DNA of 64,000 nt from Waddliaceae bacterium (GTDB lineage: Bacteria > Chlamydiota > Chlamydiia > Chlamydiales > SLFE01), in contig CAWAPJ010000001.1 of NCBI GenBank assembly GCA_963783885.1, forward strand, positions 32,001 through 96,000, given 5' to 3'. The notes under the pieces were generated by a model. The model did not search any database and had not been told where the DNA came from. It saw only the letters and a list, made by a program, of their open reading frames with translations. A program made the position numbers and the translations under genes. This document shows positions 42,387 to 52,982 of the stretch, piece after piece (within the stretch, counting starts at the first letter, position 1; every line of letters begins with the position of its first letter).

Positions 42387-44568
42387 ACTCGCATTGTTTT
42401 GCAATTTCCCAATAGTCTCTTAGGGATAATGGAATGTGTTGTAATGAATGCCGAAAATCGGTATAAGCCTTAGGCATCTTTTGCGGCACCTTCATTTTAC
42501 ATCGATAAAATTCATCAAACTGCCGGTACAACTCTTCAACCTTGTCATAGTTAATATGATCGCAATCCCAATCGGCCATTCCGGAAGTCTTCTCAAGATC
42601 GCGAGAAATAAATTGGATTGGAAAACAGTAGGCAGATTGTTCATTAGTATTGGTAAAGTGAGCAATTTTATTGCGGAGATATCGATGATTTCCATCCCCG
42701 GAAAACAGAGGCTCCATTTCCTCTAATTTTTGACTGGATTTTTTCTTTACATGAGTCCAGGATTTTTTGAGATTTTTGCATTCTGAACAACAAAGTGCGG
42801 TATAGATGGGAAAGCACGAATAAAAATCGCCAATTTCTATAAGCTTATAGCAAAGATCAATAAAAAAGCTGATTTTGACTCCCCTCTTGGTTTGCTCGGA
42901 CTTTTTATTAGATTCACTGCGAAAAATATGACTTTTAACCCATAAAGAAAGATTGTTAGAATGCTGGATGAGTTTTCGCATGCCGGAAACTGGCCCGGGC
43001 GATATCCACCTAATATTAAGAAATTCCTCTATGTCGACTTTTTGTATCAATCCAACTGTATGCAGTTTAATATCGGAAGCGAGCTTATCTAACTGCTCTT
43101 TGTAACCTTTGCCCGCACAATACGATTCAAGTACTTTGTCACAAGATTCCTCGCTTGGCCGCGGACTGTTGGATCCCTCATTTGTACAGAGATTTTTAGA
43201 TCGTTTAACCCTTTTTATAAATCGCCGCTTTGCCGCCTTCAATTCATTTTCCGGCTGATAGTTAAGAAATTTTTCAAACGTATACATTTTGAATCTATCG
43301 GTACGAACTTCTAAAAGTTTGCACAGCAACCCGTACAGATTTCTCCTCAAATATGTAGAAGTTTCTTCATCAAAAAATTTATCATAAATGCATTCCAATA
43401 GCACCTTATCCGTTATAAATAAAGGAAAAGTTAAAACAATTTTCATCAAGCGTGCATCTAATCTCTTTAGTGATTTTATATCCACAAGCTTAAGAAGATC
43501 CTGAGCCAATTTCCTTTCTAATACGCCGTTTACATAGTCCTTCAGTGGTGTTTTCAAAAGCATCTCTTTTAAAAGAATACAATACTCTTCGTCATTGGCC
43601 AGAAAGTTATAAGCGTCATTTTCCCTTTTATTTTCTATCAATTTAGTTAAATAGAGCTGCACATTAAAAAATTTTGAATTCTCAAGGTCAATTTTTTGGA
43701 TGTTGAGTCTGAATATTTCTTTTGTGGATTTACTTTGTGTTTGATTCTGAATAATATCAAATAATTCCTGAATATGAGGTCCTGTACATTTTTTGAGCTG
43801 CTGGATTGTCGATTTTTTCCGAATTAACTGATCAAATAAGGGGATATAGTTTTCAGCAATCTTCTTAAAAGCTTCGATATCAAGAAATCTGAGCAGACGA
43901 ATTTTCAGTTTATCGGGTAGCTGTTCAATACATCGGTTGAGAAAGTCTTGAGGCACTACCCCAATGAATCTGGAAAGAACTTTTAGGACAAATTCTCCAT
44001 TCTTTTTTGTATGATTGGAAAAGTTTCCCCAAAACTGCTCTTCTAAGCCTCCGCGCCCAAATCCAGCAAGGAGAAACTGGGACTCAAAACTAAATCGGTC
44101 GATTAATTCCTTTTTTTCAGAGCTGTTAGGGAGCTTCAAAAAATATTGTGCAGCATCATTAAATCCCCCCAACTTCATGCGCCTTTCGACAAAAGGAGGA
44201 ATATCTCTTTGCTGTTTCTTGACAGCAAATGAAATCGCCTGCTTCATAGACATTTTAGAAAGACAGTCTTGGGTATCTTCGTCAGAAAGATGTTTGATAA
44301 GTTGATCAGCGCTACTCGAAAACTCATCCAGCAAGTAGACTTTAGACTCGGCATTGGACCGTTCAAAAACCGCGCTAAGAAGTTGCTCGCCGGATTGTTC
44401 GACAGCTTTTTGAAACTTTTGGGTGATTGTCTCTCGTTTATTGGCACTATCAAAAGATTTAACCCACCTGGCCACCCTCCTCTTTTCCAATTTGCCGGAG
44501 GCACGTGTTTTTAATTGCTTTGCCGACTGGGAAAGAGGTTCATACCCAATTCTGACCGCATCCATCAC
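42385..44568 (-). CDS. Putative effector with a C-terminal RasGEF (CDC25-like) domain
   Basis: FFIDLCYKLIEIGDFYSCFPIYTAL...NLKKSW...LFSGDGNHRYLR...CFPIQFISRDL...HINYDK follows the RasGEF motif order. Confidence 0.78.
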   Translation of the reverse strand: MMDAVRIGYEPLSQSAKQLKTRASGKLEKRRVARWVKSFDSANKRETITQKFQKAVEQSGEQLLSAVFERSNAESKVYLLDEFSSSADQLIKHLSDEDTQDCLSKMSMKQAISFAVKKQQRDIPPFVERRMKLGGFNDAAQYFLKLPNSSEKKELIDRFSFESQFLLAGFGRGGLEEQFWGNFSNHTKKNGEFVLKVLSRFIGVVPQDFLNRCIEQLPDKLKIRLLRFLDIEAFKKIAENYIPLFDQLIRKKSTIQQLKKCTGPHIQELFDIIQNQTQSKSTKEIFRLNIQKIDLENSKFFNVQLYLTKLIENKRENDAYNFLANDEEYCILLKEMLLKTPLKDYVNGVLERKLAQDLLKLVDIKSLKRLDARLMKIVLTFPLFITDKVLLECIYDKFFDEETSTYLRRNLYGLLCKLLEVRTDRFKMYTFEKFLNYQPENELKAAKRRFIKRVKRSKNLCTNEGSNSPRPSEESCDKVLESYCAGKGYKEQLDKLASDIKLHTVGLIQKVDIEEFLNIRWISPGPVSGMRKLIQHSNNLSLWVKSHIFRSESNKKSEQTKRGVKISFFIDLCYKLIEIGDFYSCFPIYTALCCSECKNLKKSWTHVKKKSSQKLEEMEPLFSGDGNHRYLRNKIAHFTNTNEQSAYCFPIQFISRDLEKTSGMADWDCDHINYDKVEELYRQFDEFYRCKMKVPQKMPKAYTDFRHSLQHIPLSLRDYWEIAKQCE

Positions 44569-44578
44569 TGACTCCTTT

Positions 44579-46249
44579 TCAGCTTTGCAGTTTCTTTAGC
44601 TCTTGTTCGATTTCAGTATCTTCTATTTTTCGAAACAGAATGACTGGTTCTCCGAGAAGCGTCCCCTCTTGAAGAGGCTCAGCAAGAACGGCATCCCAGG
44701 ATTGTTCATCAATGCGGCTTGTGTGCCCCAGCATTTTCCACACCTTATCTGCTGCTTCGGGAATTACAGGGCAGGAAACCAAAGCGAGGACCTTAAGACA
44801 TTCCAGGCAGCAGCGGATTGTCGTCTGCATAGCTTCTGGATTCTCTTTGACTTCCTTCCAGGGACGTTTTGAGTCGAAATAGGCATTTCCGGCGGCGGCA
44901 AGCTCCATAATGAGCCGGCAGACCTGCCTGAGCTTAAAATCTTGGTAGTTTGACTCGATCAAATCGGCAAGCTTGTCAATTTTTTCAAGGAAAATCTTAT
45001 CTTCCTGACCGAGCGTTCCAAATGTGGGAATAGCGGCGCCGCACTGCTTTTTGGCAAACACCATCACGCGATTGACTAGATTGCCGTATTTTCCTAGCAG
45101 CTCGGAATTGCAGCGCAGTTGGAAGTCCTTCCAGCCAAACTCCGAATCTGTTGTTTCCGGAGCATTGGACGCAATCGCAAATCGAATTTGATCGGAAGTG
45201 TAATTATTTAAAAACTCATCAAGATGAATAAACCATCCTTCGGATTTGCTGAACTTCTTCCCCTCTAGATTATAGAACTCATTAGCCGGAATCTCATCGA
45301 CAAGTTTATAGGGTTGGTTCTGTCCCATGACCATCGCAGGGAAAATCGCGGCATGGAACGGAATATTGTCCTTCCCGATAAAATGGACAAGCCGAACATC
45401 GGGGTCAAGCCAATACTCTTTCCATTTATCGGGAGCGTGAATCTTTAGCGACCATTCCATCGTTGCCGATATGTAACCGATCGGAGCGTCAAACCAGACG
45501 TAGAGAACTTTTCCTTGAGTTTCGGGAAGGGGAATGGGAATACCCCACTCAGTATCCCGGGTGATTGCCCGGGGGTGCAGATTTTTGATATATCCCTTGA
45601 TAAAGTTCACGACATTAGGCTTCCAATTCTTCTCGGAGAGCCAGTCTTCAAGACGGTCCTTAAACCGGTCCAACAGCAAAAACCAATGCTTTGTGGGTTT
45701 GTGGGTCAGCCTGGCGCCGGAAACCTTTGATCTGGGATTTTTCAGTTGAACGGCGTCATAGCTGGCGCCGCATCTGGGACACTCATCCCCACGGGCGGCG
45801 TCAAACCCGCAGGAGGGACATTCACCGACAACATAACGATCGGCGAGAAATCGATTTTCTTCCTCTGAATAGAGCTGGTCGGTCACTTTATCTTCAATAT
45901 AGCCGTTTTCCAGAAGATCCAGAAAAAACTGTTGAACAGGCTCTTTGTGCCCTTCCCATGTGGTTCTTGAGTAGTGATCGAAAGAAATGTTCAAACGCTC
46001 AAATAGAGCGCTGTTCGTTTTATGATAGAAGTCCACCTGTTCTTTTGGCGTCCTCCCTTCCATCTCAGCGCTTAAGGTAATGGCAATGCCATATTCATCG
46101 GAACCGCTGATAAAGAGAACGTCATTTTGTTTCAGTCTCTGAAACCTGGCATAGCAGTCGGCGGGAAGGTAAGCACCGGCAATATGGCCAAAATGAAGAG
46201 GGCCGTTGGAATAAAGCAGAGCGGATGTGATAAGGATCTTTTCTTTCAT
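44579..46249 (-). CDS. metG: Methionine--tRNA ligase
   Basis: GPLHFGH (HIGH), SGSDEYG, YVWFDAPIGY, GKDNIPFH, KFSKS. Confidence 0.97.
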   Translation of the reverse strand: MKEKILITSALLYSNGPLHFGHIAGAYLPADCYARFQRLKQNDVLFISGSDEYGIAITLSAEMEGRTPKEQVDFYHKTNSALFERLNISFDHYSRTTWEGHKEPVQQFFLDLLENGYIEDKVTDQLYSEEENRFLADRYVVGECPSCGFDAARGDECPRCGASYDAVQLKNPRSKVSGARLTHKPTKHWFLLLDRFKDRLEDWLSEKNWKPNVVNFIKGYIKNLHPRAITRDTEWGIPIPLPETQGKVLYVWFDAPIGYISATMEWSLKIHAPDKWKEYWLDPDVRLVHFIGKDNIPFHAAIFPAMVMGQNQPYKLVDEIPANEFYNLEGKKFSKSEGWFIHLDEFLNNYTSDQIRFAIASNAPETTDSEFGWKDFQLRCNSELLGKYGNLVNRVMVFAKKQCGAAIPTFGTLGQEDKIFLEKIDKLADLIESNYQDFKLRQVCRLIMELAAAGNAYFDSKRPWKEVKENPEAMQTTIRCCLECLKVLALVSCPVIPEAADKVWKMLGHTSRIDEQSWDAVLAEPLQEGTLLGEPVILFRKIEDTEIEQELKKLQS

Positions 46250-46251
46250 AA

Positions 46252-46839
46252 CTAAATGTGTTTTATGGTTTCCTTGACTACGAGAACTTCAAGATCGGTG
46301 TCAGGAATGATCTTCCATCCCATGACCTCGTCATTTTCCAAATTAACATATAAGGGACCGGGTTTAAAATAAACATATGGCTTTTCAATATCCTTTGGCA
46401 GTGGGTTGGGACATGAAAAGTCAGTCTGAAATTCGGCCAGCGTTCCATGTTTATCGATAAGATCCTGTTTTCTGTCATCGGGAAGACTCCCCCACGAAAC
46501 CCAATTTCCCGGTTTCCTCTTTTGCAAAAACGACCAATCAAGTTCGATTTTTCCGGCCCACGTAACGCAGTCGGGAAAAATCCTCCCTGTTTCCCTGTCA
46601 AGAGCGGCGCGGTCTAAATCAAAAATGCGGTTGTTATAGTCTTCCATGTCTATTAAATATCTCTTAACTTTATAAAGTGTAGTATAGCGAAGCGTATTGG
46701 CGCGCCTTAAGGGAACTTTACTATAAGGACTGAGCGTTTGTCTGGGTTTTTCCGTCAGTTTTTTTCCAATCCAAAGAAGAGCGAGCATAAAAAGAATAAC
46801 CAGAAGCAAAAAAACAAAGACAGAAAAAGCCGATTCCAC
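46252..46839 (-). CDS. Hypothetical membrane-anchored protein
   Basis: N-terminal TM helix; packed tightly between rpoZ and metG. Confidence 0.7.
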   Translation of the reverse strand: MESAFSVFVFLLLVILFMLALLWIGKKLTEKPRQTLSPYSKVPLRRANTLRYTTLYKVKRYLIDMEDYNNRIFDLDRAALDRETGRIFPDCVTWAGKIELDWSFLQKRKPGNWVSWGSLPDDRKQDLIDKHGTLAEFQTDFSCPNPLPKDIEKPYVYFKPGPLYVNLENDEVMGWKIIPDTDLEVLVVKETIKHI

Positions 46840-47124
46840 TTATGAGCTCGCAAGTTCAGGTTCTTCCTCCGGAGTCGGAACTTGATTATCAATTTCGACT
46901 TTCACTTCCTTTTCAATGATATTTTGCTTTGGCAGCTTCCCTTTTTCCGACATAATTTCAGCCACGACATTAACAGCGATATTATCTGATCCGGTGCTGA
47001 CTCTTGCTCCCCGGCCAGTTTTAATCATGTCCCTGGCTTCTTCAATCAGGTAATTGACCATGCCGAACTGACTATCAAAATTTTTCTTTATTTTTTCATT
47101 GGTGATATAATTATCAAATTCCAT
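46840..47124 (-). CDS. rpoZ: RNA polymerase omega subunit (chlamydial type)
   Basis: Follows gmk. ITNEKIKKNFDSQFGMVNYLI resembles omega helix 1. Chlamydial gmk-rpoZ-metG synteny. Confidence 0.7.
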   Translation of the reverse strand: MEFDNYITNEKIKKNFDSQFGMVNYLIEEARDMIKTGRGARVSTGSDNIAVNVVAEIMSEKGKLPKQNIIEKEVKVEIDNQVPTPEEEPELASS

Positions 47125-47734
47125 AATGATTCTCCTTGCTGTGATCTTCTGCAATGACGATGCTTCTCAGCACTTGATAAGCTATTCTTAGGTCATCATT
47201 GACAATATTGTATTGATAAAGGCTTCCGGCTTCGAGTTCATTTTTCGACCAGGAAAGCCGCTCTTCAATGACCTTCCGGCTTTCCGTCTTTCTCTCCTCC
47301 AGCCTCTCTTTCAATACATCAAAACTTGGGGGAAAGACAAAAATAAAGACAGCAGAAACAGTCCCCATAAGCTGTTTGGCTCCTTGAGTGTCGATAACAA
47401 GAAAAACATGTTTTCCCTCCTCAAGCCTTTCTTCGACCCAAAGGCGGTCGGTTCCATAGTAGTCTTCATATACAACGGCATGCTCGAAAAAATCTCCGTG
47501 TTTTATCTTCTTTTCAAATTCTTCCTTCGATACAAAATGATAATCGACGCCAGATTGTTCATGCGGCCTCTTTTGTCTTGAGGTATAAGAGACGCTTTGC
47601 ACAACTTCTGGAAATTCGCTTGTCAGCATGCGAACTAGCGTTGTCTTTCCAGTTCCGGCAGGGGCGCTGAGGACAAAAAGCTTTCCTTTGGCAGCGCTGC
47701 CGACCAATTTTCCTGTCCTTCTGAAATCGTTCAT
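47114..47734 (-). CDS. gmk: Guanylate kinase
   Basis: SAPAGTGKTT, SYTSR, GVDYHFV, YYGT, IDTQGA. Confidence 0.96.
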   Translation of the reverse strand: MNDFRRTGKLVGSAAKGKLFVLSAPAGTGKTTLVRMLTSEFPEVVQSVSYTSRQKRPHEQSGVDYHFVSKEEFEKKIKHGDFFEHAVVYEDYYGTDRLWVEERLEEGKHVFLVIDTQGAKQLMGTVSAVFIFVFPPSFDVLKERLEERKTESRKVIEERLSWSKNELEAGSLYQYNIVNDDLRIAYQVLRSIVIAEDHSKENHYGI

Positions 47735-47737
47735 AAT

Positions 47738-48619
47738 TTATTCAACGTTTTGCAGTTGTTCCCTGATTCTTTCAAGTTCGTTTTTTATCTCTATTGTTTT
47801 ACGGGAAATTTCAATATCATTTACCTTTGAAGCTATGGTATTGGTTTCGCGAAACAGCTCCTGCGCGATAAACTCCAGGGTTTTTCCCACAGACTTGCCG
47901 CTTTCCATGGTTTCCACAAAATGCTCCAAGTGGGCATTAAACCGGGTGATTTCTTCGGAAATATCGACTTTTTCCGCATAAAGGCACACTTCCCTTAGAA
48001 GCGCTTCTTCATTTTCAACTTTTCCGGGAAAGGCGGCTTCAAGCATCTCCGTCAATTTCTCTCTCATTGTCTCGACAGACCGTCCCGACAATTTATTGAT
48101 CTCTTGAATCACGCGGCTTAATCGGTCAATGCGTTCGTTGAAATCCTCAAATAACTTGCCGCCCTCATAATCTTTCATTTTCATAAAAGGATTCAAGGCT
48201 GCACTAATTGCGTTTTCCAGCGCCAGCTTCCACGCCTTTTCATCAGCGATCTCATCGCTATAATCCAATATGTCCTTGCTGCTGCTGAGAAGGCGGATTG
48301 AAAAATCCGAATTGCTAATTTTCAGCATCTCGGCGATTTCGTCGGCTGACTTTTTCATCTGCCTGGCCAATTCGATATTAGGTCTTATGGAAACGGGAGG
48401 CTGCTTTTCAAAAGACGAAATGATCTTGACACTCACTTGTCCTCTAAAAACAGATTCGGAAATTTGTTTTTGGATATCCAATTCAAAACGGCGAAGCTCA
48501 GGTGGACAGTGGACTTTAACATCAAGATATTTCCGATTGACAGACTGGATTTCAACTGTCACTGTCCCGATTGCCGTTGACTCGACTATCCGACCAAAGG
48601 CTGTCATGCTCCTGAGCAT
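47738..48619 (-). CDS. yicC: YicC/YloC family endoribonuclease
   Basis: SMTAFGR, SVNRKYLD, DISEEITR, GKTLEFIAQELFRETNTIASK, IREQLQNVE. Confidence 0.93.
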   Translation of the reverse strand: MLRSMTAFGRIVESTAIGTVTVEIQSVNRKYLDVKVHCPPELRRFELDIQKQISESVFRGQVSVKIISSFEKQPPVSIRPNIELARQMKKSADEIAEMLKISNSDFSIRLLSSSKDILDYSDEIADEKAWKLALENAISAALNPFMKMKDYEGGKLFEDFNERIDRLSRVIQEINKLSGRSVETMREKLTEMLEAAFPGKVENEEALLREVCLYAEKVDISEEITRFNAHLEHFVETMESGKSVGKTLEFIAQELFRETNTIASKVNDIEISRKTIEIKNELERIREQLQNVE

Positions 48620-49257
48620 AGATTTAATTCCTTTTTGAGTGTCTTAACCGGTTCAAATGAGGCCCTGTGTATCTCGCAAGGGCCGTGCTCTTTCAGCATA
48701 CGGATATGTTCTTCAGTAGGATACCCCTTATGCCGGATAAAATTGTAACAAGGCCATTTCTCGTGAAATTTTCTCATGATGCCGTCCCTAATGACTTTCG
48801 CCATGATCGAGGCAGCCCCAACCGAAAGCGACAGGGTATCCCCTTTAATCACTTTTTCAGTGACAATATTGGGATGGGGCAGGTTCATCCCGTCAACAAT
48901 CACATAATCGGGGTTCTTGCTCATTCCATCGATAGCCGCGAGCATCGCATTAATTGTCGCCTGGTAGATGTTGATCCTGTCGATCTCCCGAGCATCAACA
49001 ACACCGACAGAATAATGCACGTCGGAATGGCTTGAAAGGATTTGATAAATTTCTTCCCGTTTTTTTGGCGTTAGCTTTTTACTGTCGTCAATGCCTTCAA
49101 TTCGCAAATTTTTCCCTAAAGAACAGCAAACGGCGACCACAGGTCCAGCTAAAGGCCCCCGGCCTGCTTCATCGACACCGGCGATCATGGTATAGCCCAA
49201 ATCGCGGGCGCGCTTTTCGTAGAAAAGCTTATCTCCTCTAAGACTGACCCCACCCAT
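48604..49257 (-). CDS. rnhB: Ribonuclease HII
   Basis: GVDEAGRGPLAGPV, DSKKL, AASIMAKVIRD, HKGYPT. Confidence 0.96.
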   Translation of the reverse strand: MGGVSLRGDKLFYEKRARDLGYTMIAGVDEAGRGPLAGPVVAVCCSLGKNLRIEGIDDSKKLTPKKREEIYQILSSHSDVHYSVGVVDAREIDRINIYQATINAMLAAIDGMSKNPDYVIVDGMNLPHPNIVTEKVIKGDTLSLSVGAASIMAKVIRDGIMRKFHEKWPCYNFIRHKGYPTEEHIRMLKEHGPCEIHRASFEPVKTLKKELNLCSGA

Positions 49258-49269
49258 GTATTCGCTACA

Positions 49270-49713
49270 TTAGCTCTCGTCATGAGAAGTTTCGTTTTCC
49301 TCTTTTGCAGGCTCTTCGACTGCAACCTCTTCCTGAGCATTTTCTTTAGCTTCCTTATAGAAGGCGGCCAGGTCTCCGCGAACCTTGGCTCCTTTGCCCT
49401 TTTTCCCGCGAATGTAGTTCAATTTTGCCCGTCTTACACGACCGCGGCGCAATATTTCGATCTTCGAGATGCGGGGGCTGTGCAGCAAGAATACCCGCTC
49501 CATGCCTTCGCCATATGCCACCCGGTGCACGGTAAATGTCTCGGAAAGTCCCGAGCCTTTTTTGGCAATCACGGTCCCCTGAAAAATCTGGACACGCTCT
49601 TTTGATCCTTCAATAATCCGGGTATGAACGTTGACAGTATCTCCCACTTTGAAATTCGGTCTCTTTTTCAAAGATCCCTCTTCCAGTTTTTGTATTACTG
49701 CTGATTTACTCAT
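49270..49713 (-). CDS. rplS: 50S ribosomal protein L19
   Basis: [27 protein letters not shown]. Confidence 0.96.
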   Translation of the reverse strand: MSKSAVIQKLEEGSLKKRPNFKVGDTVNVHTRIIEGSKERVQIFQGTVIAKKGSGLSETFTVHRVAYGEGMERVFLLHSPRISKIEILRRGRVRRAKLNYIRGKKGKGAKVRGDLAAFYKEAKENAQEEVAVEEPAKEENETSHDES

Positions 49714-50422
49714 GAGTCTCGACTCCTTTATTCTGTAGCAGATCGGGCCTCGCGGCACTCGTTTTTCTAACCGCTTGCTGTTTGCGCCACTTATCTATCT
49801 GCTGATGATTTCCACTTAATAAAATTTTCGGGACTTCCATCCCTTCAAAAACTTCAGGCCTTGTGTAATGAGGGCAATCCAAAATTCCTTCGGAAAAAGA
49901 ATCCTGAAGAGAGGCGCACTCATGACCTAAAAATCCCGGAACAAATCTGAGCAAGGCATCAATCACGACGATCGCCGCCAAACAGCCGTTGGTGAGCACA
50001 TAATCGCCGATACTGATCTCCTCATCGACTTCAAGATCCAAAGCTCTCTGATCGATACCCTCGTAGTGACCGCATAAAAACACGACATGGCTGCGGGCGG
50101 AGAGCTCTTTGCATTTATCGGCCGTCAATGTCTTCCCTTGCGGACTGAGATGCACAACATGCGCCTCGTCCGATTTAACGCTGCGGACGGCATTGACGAC
50201 AGGCCCTGCCATCATCAGCATACCGGGTCCGCCTCCGTAGGGTCTGTCGTCGACCTGCCTGTGCCTCCCTTCCGAAAAGCTTCGAATATCCGTTAATCGA
50301 ATATCGATCAGCCCCGCATCCCGGGCTCTTTTAATCATGCTATGATCAAAGGGACCCGAAAAGTACTCGGGAAAGAGAGACAAAATATCAATGGTTATCC
50401 GGGGATTTTGTTCTCTTTCCAT
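49706..50422 (-). CDS. trmD: tRNA (guanine-N1)-methyltransferase
   Basis: [38 protein letters not shown]. Confidence 0.97.
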   Translation of the reverse strand: MEREQNPRITIDILSLFPEYFSGPFDHSMIKRARDAGLIDIRLTDIRSFSEGRHRQVDDRPYGGGPGMLMMAGPVVNAVRSVKSDEAHVVHLSPQGKTLTADKCKELSARSHVVFLCGHYEGIDQRALDLEVDEEISIGDYVLTNGCLAAIVVIDALLRFVPGFLGHECASLQDSFSEGILDCPHYTRPEVFEGMEVPKILLSGNHQQIDKWRKQQAVRKTSAARPDLLQNKGVETHE

Positions 50423-50436
50423 AAAAGCACGATTGC

Positions 50437-50769
50437 TTATTTGTTTTTATGTCTCGCTGCACGTTTTTTAGCGGCCATTTTCACGCGATGAGCCGCTTTT
50501 TTTTCTTTATGCGTCTTCAAAGCCGCGGGCGCTCCCTGAGCGACCAGCGCTTCAACTTTTTCACTGAGCTCGGCACCGGTATTCAACCAATGTTCAATTC
50601 GCTCTTCTTTGAGATGCAATTTTTTCTCTTGCTCATTTTCAAAAGGGTTATACCAACCCACACATTCGACATATTTACCATCTCGTGGAGAGCGGATATC
50701 TGCGACCACAACCCGGTAAAAGGGACGGTTTTTCCTCCCTTGCTGTCTCAGTCGAATCTTTAGCGCCAT
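50437..50769 (-). CDS. rpsP: 30S ribosomal protein S16
   Basis: KIRLRQQG, PFYRVVVAD, RDGKYVE, GWYNP. Confidence 0.97.
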   Translation of the reverse strand: MALKIRLRQQGRKNRPFYRVVVADIRSPRDGKYVECVGWYNPFENEQEKKLHLKEERIEHWLNTGAELSEKVEALVAQGAPAALKTHKEKKAAHRVKMAAKKRAARHKNK

Positions 50770-52082
50770 TTGGCACCTCCCATCATCTTTTGCATTTGTT
50801 TCATATTTGGCATTTTCTTAAAAAACTGTTTTGCCTGCCTAAATGACTTGGCAAGCTTGTTAACATCTTGAACCGATGTACCGCTGCCGCGCGCGATTCT
50901 CTTGCGGCGGCCCGGGATCAATTCGACGCTCCCAACACGTTCATCGATTGTCATCGACAAAATGATCGCTTCGACTTTATCAAGTTCAGAGTCGTCTAGA
51001 TCCATATCTTTTATTTGCGACATTCCGGGAAGCATATTCAACACGGACTTAAAAGATCCCATCTTTTTCACCATTTGAATCTGCTTCAAATAGTCCGTAT
51101 AAGTAAAGGATGCCGATCTTAGCTTCTTTTCAAGCTGCTTAGCCTCGTCCTCGTCAATATGCTCCTGAGCTTTGCGCACAAGGTTAATCGTATCGCCCAT
51201 GCCCAGAATACGGTCTGCCATCGAAGAGGGATTGAATATCTGGATATCATCCATCGTCTCGCCGATCCCTTCGAACTTGAGCGGCTTTCCGGTCACTTCT
51301 TTAATGGAAATGGCAGCGCCTCCCCGAGTGTTTCCATCCAGCATGGTGAGGATTGTTCCGGTCAGTTCAATCTGCTGGTTAAACTCGGCGGCGACATTCA
51401 CAGCATCCTGGCCGATCGTCGCGTTGACAACAAAGAGGATTTCATTCGGATTTGCTGCCTGTTTGACCTCTTTAAGCTCTCCCATCAACTCCTGATCGAT
51501 ATGAAGCCTGCCTGCCGTATCCACGATGACCAGATCATGCCGGTTGACATTGGCATACTCCATGCCGGCTTTGACCACTGACACTGCACTGCCCGATCCG
51601 GTAAACACTTCAACACCGATCTGCTCTCCCAAAAGTTTCAACTGCTGGATCGCAGCCGGCCTCTGCAAATCGCACGCCAGTAAAAGCGGCTTCTTTTTGC
51701 CATGATTTTTCATGAGAAACCGAGCCAGCTTGGCGCATTGGGTCGTCTTCCCCGATCCCTGCAGACCGCAAAGCATGATGACAGCCGGCCAGCCGCTCAG
51801 ATCGAGAGGGGCCTCGCTGCCTCCCATTAGCTCCACAAGCTCGTCATGAACGCATTTTATAAACTGCTGTCCAGGCGATACCGACTGAAGAACTTCGCTG
51901 CCAAGCGCTTTCTCCTTAATCCTTTTGACCAATGTTTTGGCCACGCCATAATTGACATCCGCTTCGAGAAGCGCAAGCCGAACTTCGCGCACAGCATCGG
52001 AAATATTGTCTTCACTAAGCTTTTTCTTTCCGCGAAGCTTAGAAAATATTCCCTGCATTTGGTCTGTTAGAGTGCCAAGCAT
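50760..52082 (-). CDS. ffh: Signal recognition particle protein
   Basis: GLQGSGKTT, DTAGR, RILGMGD, Met-rich M domain. Confidence 0.97.
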   Translation of the reverse strand: MLGTLTDQMQGIFSKLRGKKKLSEDNISDAVREVRLALLEADVNYGVAKTLVKRIKEKALGSEVLQSVSPGQQFIKCVHDELVELMGGSEAPLDLSGWPAVIMLCGLQGSGKTTQCAKLARFLMKNHGKKKPLLLACDLQRPAAIQQLKLLGEQIGVEVFTGSGSAVSVVKAGMEYANVNRHDLVIVDTAGRLHIDQELMGELKEVKQAANPNEILFVVNATIGQDAVNVAAEFNQQIELTGTILTMLDGNTRGGAAISIKEVTGKPLKFEGIGETMDDIQIFNPSSMADRILGMGDTINLVRKAQEHIDEDEAKQLEKKLRSASFTYTDYLKQIQMVKKMGSFKSVLNMLPGMSQIKDMDLDDSELDKVEAIILSMTIDERVGSVELIPGRRKRIARGSGTSVQDVNKLAKSFRQAKQFFKKMPNMKQMQKMMGGAKWR

Positions 52083-52136
52083 CCTTATTTAGTATCCTCT
52101 GTATACATGAGATCGGCATTCATAATACTCAAAAAT

Positions 52137-52982
52137 TCATTCATTTTCAAGTGAAAAGAAGCGATTTTGTCCCGACAGGTCGTCCTCGACGCATGATTTA
52201 GCAAAACCCGCCTGTTCAAAAATGTCCTTGACATACTCCCCCTGGCGGTGTCCGATTTCCACCCACATCTTCCCCCCGGGACATAAATGCCCTTTCAAGT
52301 CTCCTGCGATCAGACGGTAGACCTCAAGTCCGTCAACTCCGCCGACAAGCGCTAGCCTCGGCTCGAATCCCTTAACGCTCAAACTCAGGCCATCATATTC
52401 ACGCTCGGAGACATAAGGAGGATTAGAGACAATAAAATGGGCAGCCTCCCCCGCAAAAGGAGCAAACAGATCCCCTTGCAGACACCTGGCCTCTACCTCG
52501 TTTTTCCGAATGTTTTCCCTGGCGGCCCCGCAGGCATCGGCGGAAATGTCGGAGAGCGTCACATCAAGCTCGGGACAAGCTTTTTTAATGGCAATCCCCA
52601 GACAGCCCGATCCGCAGCAAAGATCCCAGAGTTTTTTTCCCCTAACATCGCGCGTCTTTAAATAATTGATAATCTTAGCGGCCATTTCTTCGGTTTCGGG
52701 GCGTGGTATGAGAACTGAGGGGTTCACAACAATCTCGCAGCCCAAAAAATCGACAACCCCTTCGATGTATTGAATCGGCTCCCCTTTCCCGAGTCTTTTC
52801 AGCCGGCTTCGGCACTGCTCAATCTCCCCATCATTCAATGGCTTGTCATAATCCAGATAGAGCTCCATTCTCGAGAGATTCAGAACATGGGAAAGCATTT
52901 TTTCGGCAAGACGTCTCGGCGACTCGATTCCCTTCGTCTCCAAATACTTAGTAGACTGTGTCAGAATTTCCTTAACCTGCAT
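52137..52982 (-). CDS. prmC: Release factor glutamine methyltransferase
   Basis: [21 protein letters not shown]. Confidence 0.95.
   Translation of the reverse strand: MQVKEILTQSTKYLETKGIESPRRLAEKMLSHVLNLSRMELYLDYDKPLNDGEIEQCRSRLKRLGKGEPIQYIEGVVDFLGCEIVVNPSVLIPRPETEEMAAKIINYLKTRDVRGKKLWDLCCGSGCLGIAIKKACPELDVTLSDISADACGAARENIRKNEVEARCLQGDLFAPFAGEAAHFIVSNPPYVSEREYDGLSLSVKGFEPRLALVGGVDGLEVYRLIAGDLKGHLCPGGKMWVEIGHRQGEYVKDIFEQAGFAKSCVEDDLSGQNRFFSLENE

Noticed and set aside
49706-50769. No rimM between rpsP and trmD (and no rimP before nusA)
   Set aside because: This matches the usual chlamydial gene order, so it is not novel.
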